32,000 nucleotides of DNA, taken from positions 1 through 32,000 of the forward strand of contig ACYB01000019.1 in assembly GCA_000175855.1 (NCBI GenBank), written 5' to 3'. How positions within the stretch are numbered: position 1 is the first letter of the stretch; the number at the start of each line of letters is the position of its first letter. Origin of the DNA: Raphidiopsis brookii D9. GTDB lineage: Bacteria > Cyanobacteriota > Cyanobacteriia > Cyanobacteriales > Nostocaceae. A program made the position numbers and the translations under genes. Below the pieces are notes generated by a model. The model was not told the origin of the DNA and searched no databases. It saw only the letters and a program-made list of their open reading frames with translations. Positions 18,001 to 27,807 of the stretch are shown piece after piece.

Positions 18001-19091
18001 CCCTAGCTACCACCTCTGTGGACAAAACAGCTAGATTATGGAACTTGCAGGGGGAAACCATTCAACAATTTCATGGTCACGAGAACTGGGTCACCAGTGT
18101 GAGTTTCAGTCCAGATGGTCAAACCCTAGCTACCACCTCTGTGGACAAAACAGCTCGGTTATGGGGGTTACATAGACACAAGATTCAGGAGATTAGGGGT
18201 CATGAGGATTGGGTTACCAGTGTGAGTTTTAGTCCAGATGGTCAAACCATAGCTACTGGTTCCCGGGACAACACCGCTCGGTTGTGGAACAGGGAAGGTC
18301 ATTTGGTTCAAGAATTTAAAGGTCATCAAAGTCGAGTCACAAGTGTTAATTTCAGTCCAGACGGACAAACCATAGGGACCGGTTCTGCTGATAAAACAGC
18401 TAGATTATGGAACTTGCAGGGTGATGTCCTGGGAGAATTTCCAGGTCACCAGGACTGGGTTACCAGTGTGAGTTTTAGTCCAGATGGTCAAACCATAGCT
18501 ACTGGTTCTCGGGATAAAACAGCTCGATTGTGGAATTTGCAGGGTGATGTCCTTAGAGAATTTCCAGGTCATGAGGACTGGGTTACAAGTGTCAGTTTCA
18601 GTCCCAATGGCCAAACCCTAGTTACTGGTGGTGCTGACAAAATAGCTAGGTTATGGAACTTGCAGGGTGACCTCCTGGGAGAATTTCCAGGTCATGAGGG
18701 TGGGGTTACAAGTGTCAGTTTCAGTCCAAATGGCGAGACTCTTGTTACCGGTTCAGTTGACAAAATAGCTCGTTTATGGAACTTAAAGGGTTATCTAATT
18801 CGAGAATTCAAGGGTCATGATAGCGGGATAACAAATGTGAGTTTCAGTCCAGATGGGCAAACTCTTGCTACCGCTTCTGTTGATAAAACAGTCCGGTTAT
18901 GGAACTTAAAGGGTCAGCTGATTCAAGAATTTAAGGGTTATGATGATACATTTACAAGTGTGAGTTTTAGTCCAGATGGGCAAACTCTTGCTACTGGTTC
19001 TTTAGACAAAATAGCCCGCTTATGGCCTGTACGGTATTTAGATAGAGCTTTGGAAGATGGAAATACTTGGTTAATTGATACTAATTTTTGA
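15078..19091 (+). CDS. STAND-type P-loop NTPase with N-terminal TPR-like region and C-terminal WD40 repeats
   Basis: ORF 1337 aa; [14 protein letters not shown], Walker [10 protein letters not shown] (16053-16079), Walker B-like [11 protein letters not shown], then 14 WD40 units. Confidence 0.92.
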   Translation: MSDLQNIANHHYEPIKTILRVIDFSQGHFSLVFLHCNDAQLRQQVAAQLRESSPNKIEEITLPQSAISLYDNISLSLDRHPEVLMVFGLENVNNLDSILQFSNQIREEFRKNFAFPLLIWIDDRILRKILRIAPDLETWGSIIGTPNYYNGENHVKGLAQIHRFLAEAALENQQWSEAKKQAQYAQEILTSADDGLYYLLTARSQIGLGETGAAIKTLEFAKTHTMPPQDPQLHIEILKTLGSLYFDHGNYLQAFYVRQEQLQVEQQYRLRAFLGSSYLNPQRPIINKTNGNGRNSRPMVFGREEDIKSLWQRISDNEHPLIVIHGQFAVGKTSIIQGGLVPILEQELIDDKQILPIILQKYTNWLEELSEQLLNKLEKKLQSTIAIETFNGFSPQERIVKLLNISGDKNLLTVLIFDQFEEFFLVTGNLEQKTRFYQLLRSCLDIPFVKIILTLREEYLHYLLEIDRLVDLRVTNNNILDKNIRYYLGNFSKAVAKRIIQTLMVKDQFELQMELIDQLVEELGDNLGEVRPLELQIVGAQLEKEGIDTLEQYEQFGGKQKLLEKFLQDVIKSCGPENESTAQLVLYLLTEENGTRPLKTQSEIVTQFSVESDKLDLVLKIFVGSGLVWLLRESLRDRYQLIYDCLVPFVRQQYVQLYYAHLPEQLEKIQAELRQEREAEEQAQLVTKLEEDALIALDQFKADPLLSLVNAVSSANLLKSIVQNNPLDKYPTVSPIYALNTILDAISDRNIIKGHEGGITSVCFSPDGQSIATGSWDKTVRLWNLRGENIQQFRGHEGGITSVCFSPDGQSIGTGSEDGTARLWNLQGKNIQQFRGHEGGITSVCFSPDGQSIGTGSEDGTARLWNLQGKNIQQFRGHEGGITSVCFSPDGQNIGTGSEDRTARLWNLQGENIQQFHGHEDWVTSVSFSPDGQTLATTSVDKTARLWNLQGETIQQFHGHENWVTSVSFSPDGQTLATTSVDKTARLWNLQGETIQQFHGHENWVTSVSFSPDGQTLATTSVDKTARLWGLHRHKIQEIRGHEDWVTSVSFSPDGQTIATGSRDNTARLWNREGHLVQEFKGHQSRVTSVNFSPDGQTIGTGSADKTARLWNLQGDVLGEFPGHQDWVTSVSFSPDGQTIATGSRDKTARLWNLQGDVLREFPGHEDWVTSVSFSPNGQTLVTGGADKIARLWNLQGDLLGEFPGHEGGVTSVSFSPNGETLVTGSVDKIARLWNLKGYLIREFKGHDSGITNVSFSPDGQTLATASVDKTVRLWNLKGQLIQEFKGYDDTFTSVSFSPDGQTLATGSLDKIARLWPVRYLDRALEDGNTWLIDTNF
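17337..19055 (+). repeat. 14 tandem WD40 units, 123-bp (41-aa) period
   Basis: Units start at 17337 and every 123 bp to 18936, each GH(E/Q/D)..(V/I)TSV.FSP.G..(L/I).TG..D.(T/I)ARLWN. Confidence 0.95.
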
Positions 19092-20133
19092 TGATCCCCC
19101 CACCCAATACCTTATCTCCCTCATACCAGACTGCTGCTTGTCCAGGTGTGATGCTGAATTGGGGTTCATCAAATACCATTTGTACACAGTCCTTTTCCCC
19201 AGGGATAATTGTTGCCAGTACAGGTTGAGAACGGTAACGTATTTGCACTTCCCCACGAATAGTACCTCTGGGTTCTACCATGGATACCCAGTTTACTCGC
19301 TCAACTGTACACTCTTTCTCTGTACCTTTTGTGCGATCGCCTACTACGACAAGATTATTAACTGTGTCTAACTTTATGACATATAATGGTTCAGCTGCAG
19401 CAATTCCCAAACCTTTGCGCTGTCCTATAGTATAGTGGTGGACACCATCATGTTTGCCCAAAACTTTGCCGTCACTGTCCACAATATCACCAGGTTTGGG
19501 AGATAAATATTTATCTAGAAATGCCCGCATGGAACCGTTACTCTCTACTAGGCACAAGTCCTGGCTCTCCGGTTTATCGGCGGTTTTTAAGCCATATTCA
19601 GAGGCAATTTTACGAGTATCATTTTTATTTAACTCTCCCAGGGGAAAGATAGTACCTGCTAGTAGTTCTTGGGATAAATCATATAAAAAGTAGGATTGAT
19701 CTTTGTTGCGGTCAAAGGCGCGTAGTAGCTGATAACGTTCAGTCCTATGGTCGTAAGCAATTCGGGCATAATGGCCAGTAGCAATAGTATCAGACTGTAA
19801 TTTATCCTTTGCATATTGTAACATGGGACCAAATTTCACAGTTCTGTTACATTGGGAACAGGGTAAGGGAGTGATTCCCGCGCTATAACCGGAAACCAGA
19901 TAATCCACAATGTTAGTTTGGAACACATCCCGCATATCAACAATTTCATGGGGAATATCTAGTTGTTGGCAAATAGTAGCTGCATCCACCATACCCTCGG
20001 AGCAGCACTGACCCTTCCCTTTCATTAACCAAAGGGTCAAACCAATGACATCATAGCCCTGATTGTGTAGAATGGCCGCTGCTACGGAACTGTCAACGCC
20101 ACCAGAAAGACCAACAACAACTTTTTTCATCAT
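19081..20133 (-). CDS. mnmA: tRNA 2-thiouridine(34) synthase
   Basis: ORF 350 aa; [17 protein letters not shown]-loop, [33 protein letters not shown]. Confidence 0.95.
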   Translation of the reverse strand: MMKKVVVGLSGGVDSSVAAAILHNQGYDVIGLTLWLMKGKGQCCSEGMVDAATICQQLDIPHEIVDMRDVFQTNIVDYLVSGYSAGITPLPCSQCNRTVKFGPMLQYAKDKLQSDTIATGHYARIAYDHRTERYQLLRAFDRNKDQSYFLYDLSQELLAGTIFPLGELNKNDTRKIASEYGLKTADKPESQDLCLVESNGSMRAFLDKYLSPKPGDIVDSDGKVLGKHDGVHHYTIGQRKGLGIAAAEPLYVIKLDTVNNLVVVGDRTKGTEKECTVERVNWVSMVEPRGTIRGEVQIRYRSQPVLATIIPGEKDCVQMVFDEPQFSITPGQAAVWYEGDKVLGGGIIKN

Positions 20134-20371
20134 TAATCTTTTTCATAGTTGAGATTTACAACATATAGATAGACACTTTTCTAGGGTAGCACAGGTTTTG
20201 CGTTAGTGGTTGACGGTTGTTGACTCCAAGTTTATGGTGTGTTTGGTAGGTTGTAGTTTTCAATTACCTTGGGTTATGATAGGGTATCTCAGGTAGCTCC
20301 GGGTAAATTTAAACATCGCTACTAAGCGGAGCAATGGAGTAACTATTTAAAAAGACTAAGTTATGGTAATG

Positions 20372-20391
20372 CTAGGGTATACTAGGGTATA
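20372..20391 (+). repeat. Two tandem copies of CTAGGGTATA upstream of nnr
   Basis: Direct reading: gctagggtatactagggtatattatgg. Confidence 0.8.
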
Positions 20392-20413
20392 TTATGGAAA
20401 TAGAATTTGACTA

Positions 20414-21985
20414 ATGAATAACCAGGACTTGAAGCATCTAAAGGAAATATTTGTTGTCACTGCTGCTCAGATGCGGGATGTGGAATCAAGGATTTTCGCA
20501 GCAGGAATGCCCATTCCAGCTTTGATGGAAAAAGTAGGTAGGCTCATTTGCGATCGCCTTTTATCTATGAAATTAAAAGGTTCTAGGGTTGGTATTTTAG
20601 CTGGGCCTGGTCATAATGGTGGTGATGCTTTGGTGGTAGGAAGGGAATTACATTTTCGGGGTTATAATGTTTGGATTTATCAACCTTTTGGTCAACTCAA
20701 GGAGTTAACTAACCAACATTTTCACTATGCCCAAAGTTTAGGAATTCCTTGTTTTTCTCAACTAGCTGAATTACCAGATTGTGATTTTTTAATTGATGGG
20801 TTATTTGGATTTGGTTTAGAAAGAGAAATCACTGGCAATATTGCTGAGGCTATTAATCATCTTAATCTCTGGAACAAACCAATTTTTAGTATTGATTTAC
20901 CTTCGGGAATACACACCGATACAGGTGCGGTTTTAGGAACTGCTATTTGTGCTTCCCACACTTTTTGTTTGGGGTTGTGGAAACAGGGTTTATTACAAGA
21001 ACAAGCAATACAATATACGGGAAAAACAGAGTTAATTGATTTTGATATTTCCCTGGCTGATATTCAGGCAGTTTTGGGGGAATTTCCCACCCTCAAACGC
21101 ATTACGCAAAGTCTAGTAGTTAACACTTTGCCTCTACCTCTTTCTCCCATTTTGCATAAATATAAATCCGGACATCTGTTACTAATTTGTGGTTCTAAAC
21201 GCTATGCAGGGGGAGCAATTTTAACGGGTTTAGGTGCTAGAGCATCTGGCATTGGCATGTTATCTATTGCCGTGCCAGAAAGTATTAAGCCTCTATTAGT
21301 TTCCCATTTACCAGAAGCTCTAATTATTGGTTGTCCAGAAACAAATAGTGGGGCAATTTCTCATTTACAATTACCCGCAGAAATTACTTTAGATTCCTTT
21401 ACTGTTATTGCTTGTGGACCTGGATTAACCACAGAAGTAACTCCCATTGTGCAGCAGGTAATGAAAAGTGAAGTTCCCCTAATTCTGGATGCGGATGCTC
21501 TGAATATTCTAGCACAATTGGGCACAATTACCACTTTAAAAAACCGCCATCAACCTACTATTCTCACTCCCCATGGGGGAGAGTTTCATCGCTTATTTCC
21601 TGAAATTGATATCACAACAAATAGGGTCAAAGGAGTGCAAACAGCAGCATCACAAACTGGAGCCATAGTTCTATTAAAAGGAGCAAGAACTGCGATCGCT
21701 AACGAGCAAGGGGTTACTTGGATAAACTCTGAAAGTACGCCAGCTTTAGCTCGGGGTGGTAGTGGGGATGTATTAACTGGACTAATGGGGGGGATTTTAG
21801 GACAGGTGGTTAACAGACAAGTTAATATGGAAGATATAGTAGCAACAGCAGTTTGGTGGCACTCTCAAGCTGGTATTTTGGCAGCAAAGGAGAGAACAGA
21901 GTTAGGAGTTGATGCTTTTACCTTAACCCAGTATTTAAGCAGAGTTTTGGCTCAAACCCAAACTGATGAGATATGTATGGGATAA
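20414..21985 (+). CDS. nnr: Bifunctional NAD(P)H-hydrate epimerase / ADP-dependent (S)-NAD(P)H-hydrate dehydratase
   Basis: ORF 523 aa; N-terminal epimerase GPGHNGGDALVVGREL; C-terminal dehydratase THTPHGGEF-like LTPHGGEFHRLFP, GSGDVLTGLMGGILGQ. Confidence 0.93.
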   Translation: MNNQDLKHLKEIFVVTAAQMRDVESRIFAAGMPIPALMEKVGRLICDRLLSMKLKGSRVGILAGPGHNGGDALVVGRELHFRGYNVWIYQPFGQLKELTNQHFHYAQSLGIPCFSQLAELPDCDFLIDGLFGFGLEREITGNIAEAINHLNLWNKPIFSIDLPSGIHTDTGAVLGTAICASHTFCLGLWKQGLLQEQAIQYTGKTELIDFDISLADIQAVLGEFPTLKRITQSLVVNTLPLPLSPILHKYKSGHLLLICGSKRYAGGAILTGLGARASGIGMLSIAVPESIKPLLVSHLPEALIIGCPETNSGAISHLQLPAEITLDSFTVIACGPGLTTEVTPIVQQVMKSEVPLILDADALNILAQLGTITTLKNRHQPTILTPHGGEFHRLFPEIDITTNRVKGVQTAASQTGAIVLLKGARTAIANEQGVTWINSESTPALARGGSGDVLTGLMGGILGQVVNRQVNMEDIVATAVWWHSQAGILAAKERTELGVDAFTLTQYLSRVLAQTQTDEICMG

Positions 21986-22026
21986 TAAATTTTGATATTT
22001 ATAAAGTGATTAAAAAGTGAGTAAAA

Positions 22027-22314
22027 ATGGAAAAAGTTTTAAGAGTGATTAATGATGTAATTAGCAATCCGCCAATTCCCCATGAGCCATATAAACAGTC
22101 TTTAAAAAATTGGGCAATGTACTGTTTACGAGAGAGAGGATTTATTGTGGTTTATGCGCAGAAGGGTGATTTCGCCATTCAATTGAAAGGAGGAGAGAAG
22201 TTATATTTTAAAGTGACTACCAATCCGGTGGAACCGGAAGACAATCCCCAGGAGAATTTAAACTGGATAATATGGGATAACCTTAGCCAAAAAGCCAGTT
22301 TCATTCCAACCTGA
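22027..22314 (+). CDS. Hypothetical protein
   Basis: ORF 95 aa, no overlap with neighbours, plausible charged/globular composition. Confidence 0.6.
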   Translation: MEKVLRVINDVISNPPIPHEPYKQSLKNWAMYCLRERGFIVVYAQKGDFAIQLKGGEKLYFKVTTNPVEPEDNPQENLNWIIWDNLSQKASFIPT

Positions 22315-22331
22315 TAAGAACTATATATGAA

Positions 22332-23912
22332 CTATATAATTATGGCATCCAATTGCTTATTACACCATTTTCCCTCAATTAATTCTGTTACCAGTGGTGT
22401 AATTACAAATTGAGGAGGAATACCAGCTTTAACATCCACACGCGCACAAGAATAGAGTTTTTTCGTCTCTAAATCATAACCGGTACGCCCTACATACAAC
22501 AAAGAATCGGCAACTTTACGCCTGTGGTCATTATCATGGTCGCTGAAATCCTCTAACAACTCAGTTCCTTCCTCTCGCTGACGACGAGGACGACGACCAC
22601 TACCACCACAGACAATATAGTTAATAGCAGAATCTCCATATCCAGTGTCTGTAGTTTTTAAAAACTCCAAACAGTGTGCGTGACCATTAAATACGAGATC
22701 TACCAAGGGTCTACCCCCGGTTATTTCTCTCTCCATATTTCCCAAAGCTACCCTTACCTGTTCCAATACCTCCCGTAATCGATGACGAACCGCTAAAGTT
22801 TGTCCCTGTTGCCATTTGGTCGCTTCTGTGACGTAGGGAGGATGATGAAAAAATAGTACTCTTCCCCTAACATTTAAATCTTGCCAAGAAGCAATTAGTC
22901 TCTCTCTTAACCATTCTAGTTGCTCAAAATCTGTATCCGCATTACTGTGATTTTCTAATTGTTTCTCAATATCAAGTTTGATTTCATTTAATTGATCTAA
23001 TTTACCTGCTAAATCCGCTAACTGCTCTGATTCTTGAGGATTTTTTGAGTCCAACTTCTCATATACTGCTAAAATCTCTAACTCCTGTTGCTCTAAAGAG
23101 CGACGACTTTCCCACAACTTTTGACGAAGATCCCGAGACCGACTTTGTGGTAAAGGTTCTGGAGTATTAAAGGTGTTGGAATCCAAGGCAAAAAAATCTA
23201 TTCCCCCATAGTTAAAACTATAGTATCTATTAGGTAACCTTGTGAATTTACCTGGTTGGTAATTTAAGCATCTACCTGTATTAACTTTACCAGTGTAGTG
23301 TTTATTTAAATGGGTTTCCAAATCGGAAGGAGCAATAGCAGCTAGATAATCCATAAAAGCTCTCGCGTAACTATCTCCTTGATTTGAACCATGCCAACCA
23401 ATTTCAATATCTTTATAACGTAACCTTTTGCGCAGAGGTAAGGTCAAACCGGTAATCAAACGATATAATAAAGGTACATCATAATAGTCATGATTGCCCA
23501 GGACTGGTAATATAGGCAAATTAAAGGTCATATTATTATAAGCAATCTTTTGTGGAGACTCTCCACCCACTAAAAATTCCCGATAGGGTTCAATGAAATT
23601 AGCTGGGTAATATTCGCGAGAACCTACAACATAAACCACATCCCCAGTATGTAGAATAAAGCGACAATCCTCAAGATGATTTAACATCATTTCGGTTACT
23701 TGACGTTGAGGATGGGAACCATAATGTGATTTTGTCCCGCTGTCACCCAGAACCATAAAAGAAAATTCTTGATTTTTCTCTCTACCTTGATCGTCAAATG
23801 TCATTACGGTTTGGTCAATATTATGCTCCAAAATAGCTGAATGTTGCCATCTAACTCTTTGTTTCATTCTCTGAATTTTAATTGGAACCGAGGGTTCAGA
23901 AATTAATTTCAT
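22332..23912 (-). CDS. Calcineurin-like metallophosphoesterase
   Basis: ORF 526 aa; VLGDSG, HTGDVVY, PVLGNHDYYD, FHHPPY, DLVFNGHAHCLEF. Confidence 0.9.
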   Translation of the reverse strand: MKLISEPSVPIKIQRMKQRVRWQHSAILEHNIDQTVMTFDDQGREKNQEFSFMVLGDSGTKSHYGSHPQRQVTEMMLNHLEDCRFILHTGDVVYVVGSREYYPANFIEPYREFLVGGESPQKIAYNNMTFNLPILPVLGNHDYYDVPLLYRLITGLTLPLRKRLRYKDIEIGWHGSNQGDSYARAFMDYLAAIAPSDLETHLNKHYTGKVNTGRCLNYQPGKFTRLPNRYYSFNYGGIDFFALDSNTFNTPEPLPQSRSRDLRQKLWESRRSLEQQELEILAVYEKLDSKNPQESEQLADLAGKLDQLNEIKLDIEKQLENHSNADTDFEQLEWLRERLIASWQDLNVRGRVLFFHHPPYVTEATKWQQGQTLAVRHRLREVLEQVRVALGNMEREITGGRPLVDLVFNGHAHCLEFLKTTDTGYGDSAINYIVCGGSGRRPRRQREEGTELLEDFSDHDNDHRRKVADSLLYVGRTGYDLETKKLYSCARVDVKAGIPPQFVITPLVTELIEGKWCNKQLDAIII

Positions 23913-25526
23913 CTGGATATCCTCAAAAATTTCTGTTTCATTTTGGTGACAAAACTATTGACCTCTGGTATTTTCATCGCCCCTACAATAATGGCAAATA
24001 TAGTAATTCCTATAATACCAGAAATGGACAATTCAAGAATTAAAATTACCAAATTTTGACCCGGTATTACCTGTTGACAAGCAACAAAAGTTTGATAACT
24101 ACTAACACCAGCAACCACACTGCCAAAAGTTAAAACCCAAAATTGGCCAAGTCCATTCTCTCAGGGGTAAACCATTGAGTTTGCGGTTTAACAACCACAA
24201 TAACATTAACATGGAACTACAATTGACACCCACTGTGGCTAAAACCAAACCAGGAGCGCCAAAAGGTTTCACAAGTACAAAATCCAAAACTACATTCAAG
24301 AAAATATTAAACGCGCTAATTTTGAACGGGGTTTGTCCATCACCCAAAGCGTAAAATACCCTAACTAAAACATCTCTCCCCAAATAGGCAAACATTCCTA
24401 TTCCATAGGCTATTAATAGGGAAGCAACTAACTCGGTAGCTTGTTGATTAAATGCACCCCGCTGATAGACCACCTGAACAATGGGTGTAGATAAACCTAT
24501 CATTAAACCACCTAACGGTAGCATGGTCACAGCAGTTAATATAATCCCCTGACGAATGCGTAATTTTAGATCTGGCCAAGATTGTGGTTCAGCTAACTTG
24601 GCAAACATTGGTAATAGGGAAGTAAAAATAATATTAGAAATAATTCCTAGTGGTGTTTGAACTAGCAAATTAGCATAATTGAAAGCTGCTGCTGCACCTT
24701 TGATGGGACTGGCAAAAAACAAGTCAGTTGCTACATTAATTGGCATCATGCCTGAAGAAATAGTAGCAGGAATCATTATTTTAATTACTTCTTGAACTGC
24801 AGGGGATTTAAAATCAAACCTCAGTTTTAATTTTCCTAAACCTAACCTCCACTGAAAAATTAATTGTACAGACCATTGTAAAATTGCTCCGATTAAGGTT
24901 CCCCAAGCTAATACCATCCCTCCAATAAATGCAAATTCTGGCTGAATTATTTGTTTACCATATTCTAAAGCCAAAATACCAATGCCAATAACTACTGTAA
25001 TACTGGATAACAGGGGACTAATTGATAATAGCCAATATTGGTTTGCTACATTGAGGGTGCCAAAACCAAGACCAATTAAACCAGAAAATAAGGCCATTGG
25101 TGACATGATTTGTAGCTGACGAACGGCAATTTCCCTGGTTTTTACATCTAATCCATAACCAACAAGATCAATTAGGGGTTCCGCTAAAAAAATTTGAGCA
25201 ACTGTTACTATTAATAATAACCCGCTAACTAGGGTTGTTACTGTTTCTACTATAGGAGCTGCTTCTTCTTGTTTGCGTTTGGCTAAGACACTGACAAGGG
25301 CGCTATGTAAAGGACCATTCACTCCACCAAGCAAAATCAATAAAAATCCAGGAATAATATAAGCGTAACTATAAGCAGTAGCAGCAGCACCAACACCAAA
25401 AGCAGCTGCTATAGCTTGTTGTCTAATTAACCCGAATATTTTACTAATTAAGGTTGCAGCAGCAACTATACCAGCAATACCAGCAAAGGAACGGGATGAT
25501 TTCTGCTTTTGTGGTTGTTCAGTCAC
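23909..25526 (-). pseudogene. murJ: Lipid II flippase MurJ (MviN), reading frame split by an apparent +1 nt shift near 24136-24141
   Basis: ORF 24102..25526 is MurJ (SGMMPINVATDLFFAS, GVNGPLHSALV) but ends abruptly in ...REWTWPILGFNFWQCGCWC*; the overlapping frame 23909..24118 continues with VLTFGSVVAGVSSYQTFVACQQV...LPEV-like C-terminus. Confidence 0.8.
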
Positions 25527-25630
25527 GAATAATACCTAAAGATTCACATTAGACCAACATAATATCAAAAATATAGCCCTAACTAGTGGTGGTGATCGAA
25601 CAGAGATTAGCTCTCTCCTAAGCTATGAAA

Positions 25631-26338
25631 TTAAAATTTTTGACTAATCAGTTTTTTTAACAATTGCAAAGTCTTACCGGAAAAGGAATTAATAAAACGG
25701 TAGGACTGACGAACCCGATTGAGTAAGGAATAGGGTACTCGTAACTTAAAAGGATAAAAAATCGGTAAGTATATTAAATAATAAGCCTTTTTTAAATCCT
25801 CCCATTTGGAACATTTATCCTCATGGAGAAAATCAGAAATGTCTACCACTAAACCTCTCCCCTCAAACATCATGACATTTTTACCATGAACATCATGGGG
25901 AAAAAGACCTCGACTGCGTGCATAATCCAAAGCTCGGTCAATATCTTTAATTACCCTGGGAGAAATGCGTAATCCACGATTTAGACAATCATAGAGGGTT
26001 ACACCAAATAATCTTTTTAAAACTAATAGACCGTTGTAGGCATAAAAGCATTGCGAATAGGCTGGATGAGAGCCTATGCGATTGTAAACTTCTAATTCCT
26101 CATCAAATCCAGGACGACCAGGAGCGTAAATCTTGACCACCACATTGGGAAAATCTGGATGACAAACCACTGCTGCATAGTTACCCGTACCTATTAGCTC
26201 CCAGGGAGGTGGTAAATGGTGAACCACTGCTGGATTATGGGGGTGCACACTTTCCACCACTAACTGGGGTAATAGTTCTTGATGAATGATGGTAACTAAT
26301 GGTTGAATACTTGCTTGATCTATAGAATGTGTACCCAT
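25631..26338 (-). CDS. Small kinase-fold protein (serine/threonine kinase-like)
   Basis: GTGNYAAVV...VVVKIYAPG, ARSRGLFPHDVHGKNVMMFEGRGLVVDISDF resemble the catalytic and metal-binding loops; start likely the ATG at 26338 (MGTHSIDQ), not 26380. Confidence 0.75.
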   Translation of the reverse strand: MGTHSIDQASIQPLVTIIHQELLPQLVVESVHPHNPAVVHHLPPPWELIGTGNYAAVVCHPDFPNVVVKIYAPGRPGFDEELEVYNRIGSHPAYSQCFYAYNGLLVLKRLFGVTLYDCLNRGLRISPRVIKDIDRALDYARSRGLFPHDVHGKNVMMFEGRGLVVDISDFLHEDKCSKWEDLKKAYYLIYLPIFYPFKLRVPYSLLNRVRQSYRFINSFSGKTLQLLKKLISQKF

Positions 26339-26408
26339 ACATACAAAATTGAGTAGTATTGCATTTATTAAATGTACCACTCAATTAGGATCCTCACTCC
26401 TAAAAAAA

Positions 26409-27779
26409 TTATTTCTTTGCTGTTTGGGAAAGCTGGTCTAAGATTCCTAACACTTCTCTCTCAAAGGTAACTTGGGCCCGGTTAGTTTTTCCACCCACAT
26501 ATAAGACATCACCATTTTGTAAGGCCCAAATTTGAGAATGAGAAAAATAACTCATGACCACTCCTAACATTAATAGAGCAAAACCTATATACACAATAGG
26601 AATTCCTGGATCATATTTAATTTGCAAACCTGTGCTACCGACAACATCAAGAATTTGTAAATTCACTCCGTTAACAGGTATGGACATTCCTGCGCGCACA
26701 GTATTTACTAATTTTCCTTCATTATCATAGATTAATACCATACCTTGTAGATCTTTAGCTAACAGGGAAACTCCTGCACTTAAATCTGGTTTGGTTGGTA
26801 TCCAGGTTCCCCATAATCTACCCTGACCGTTGGTATTCAATAATGCCATAGGTAATTGAAAAATGGGACTGTTATTAATTTTGACTTTAACCCCAGCAAT
26901 TCCCCAATCTGTTTGATAAAACACTACACCATGATAGCGTAATGGTTTATTGACATAGATCTTTTCATGGTTAACTTCTGCACCTTGGTCATTCAAAACT
27001 GATAGATCGGAGTAAAATTGGTCAATTCCCCCTTTTGGCGTATAATCAATCCAAAATCTGTTAACCTTAACAGACCAATTTTTCAACACATCCTGAGAAG
27101 ACCAAGCTCCAGCATCAATGATATTTTTCACCTGAAATGTTTCACCGGAGGTAATCATTTCCTGGGCCATAAACCCGGTTATCGCACCCCATATTCCTCC
27201 TAGCAAGATCATCACAATTCCAATATGTACAATGATCGGACCAATCTTACCAATTATCCCTTTACGAGCATAAAGTAGATGACTGGTTTCTTCTTGCTGG
27301 AAAATTTTATATTGGCTTTTCCTTAATAGGTCAGTGATGGAATTTAAATTAACATTATTTAGTTCAGCACTAAGAGCTAGTTTGTTAAATTTTCTTGGCT
27401 CGTCATAATATTGCCACTTTTGGGCGGTTTTTAAAGCTGGTAGTTGTCGTGTAAAGGTACAAGCTGTTAAACTCAGACCAAATAAGACCAGTAAGGACAA
27501 AAACCACCAAGTACGATAAACATGATCTAATCCTACCACCTGAATCACTTTCCAGCTAAGAAAACCAAAATAAAGCTGGATGTTCGGGATAATTGGCCTG
27601 ATAAAAGCTGGAGTTTCTCCCTGTTCAATTACTGTCCCAGTAACACTAAAAATAGCAATGACTAATAACAAAACAATTGCTAATTTTAAATCAGTAATTA
27701 TTGGCAAAACTTCCCTTTTGATAAAACGAATCATAAGGGAAACTAAGTTAAATTCCGAAGATGAAGAATCGACTGTCAT
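26409..27779 (-). CDS. ccs1: Cytochrome c biogenesis protein ResB/Ccs1
   Basis: ORF 456 aa; [77 protein letters not shown]. Confidence 0.9.
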   Translation of the reverse strand: MTVDSSSSEFNLVSLMIRFIKREVLPIITDLKLAIVLLLVIAIFSVTGTVIEQGETPAFIRPIIPNIQLYFGFLSWKVIQVVGLDHVYRTWWFLSLLVLFGLSLTACTFTRQLPALKTAQKWQYYDEPRKFNKLALSAELNNVNLNSITDLLRKSQYKIFQQEETSHLLYARKGIIGKIGPIIVHIGIVMILLGGIWGAITGFMAQEMITSGETFQVKNIIDAGAWSSQDVLKNWSVKVNRFWIDYTPKGGIDQFYSDLSVLNDQGAEVNHEKIYVNKPLRYHGVVFYQTDWGIAGVKVKINNSPIFQLPMALLNTNGQGRLWGTWIPTKPDLSAGVSLLAKDLQGMVLIYDNEGKLVNTVRAGMSIPVNGVNLQILDVVGSTGLQIKYDPGIPIVYIGFALLMLGVVMSYFSHSQIWALQNGDVLYVGGKTNRAQVTFEREVLGILDQLSQTAKK

Positions 27780-27807
27780 TGCTAAAAAATTTGAGATTTA
27801 CATTAGA

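Noticed and set aside
18168-18614. Antisense ORFs 18168..18368 and 18405..18614 on the minus strand
   Set aside because: They are mirror-frame by-products of the WD40 repeats; similar peptides ([16 protein letters not shown]) recur only because the DNA repeats.
17337-19055. Regular 123-bp direct repeats that could be mistaken for a CRISPR-like or satellite array
   Set aside because: The repeats are continuous coding WD40 units in frame with the 1337-aa ORF, with no unique spacers of CRISPR type.
19075-19693. Plus-strand ORFs 19075..19371 and 19454..19693
   Set aside because: Antisense to mnmA, which has full catalytic motifs.
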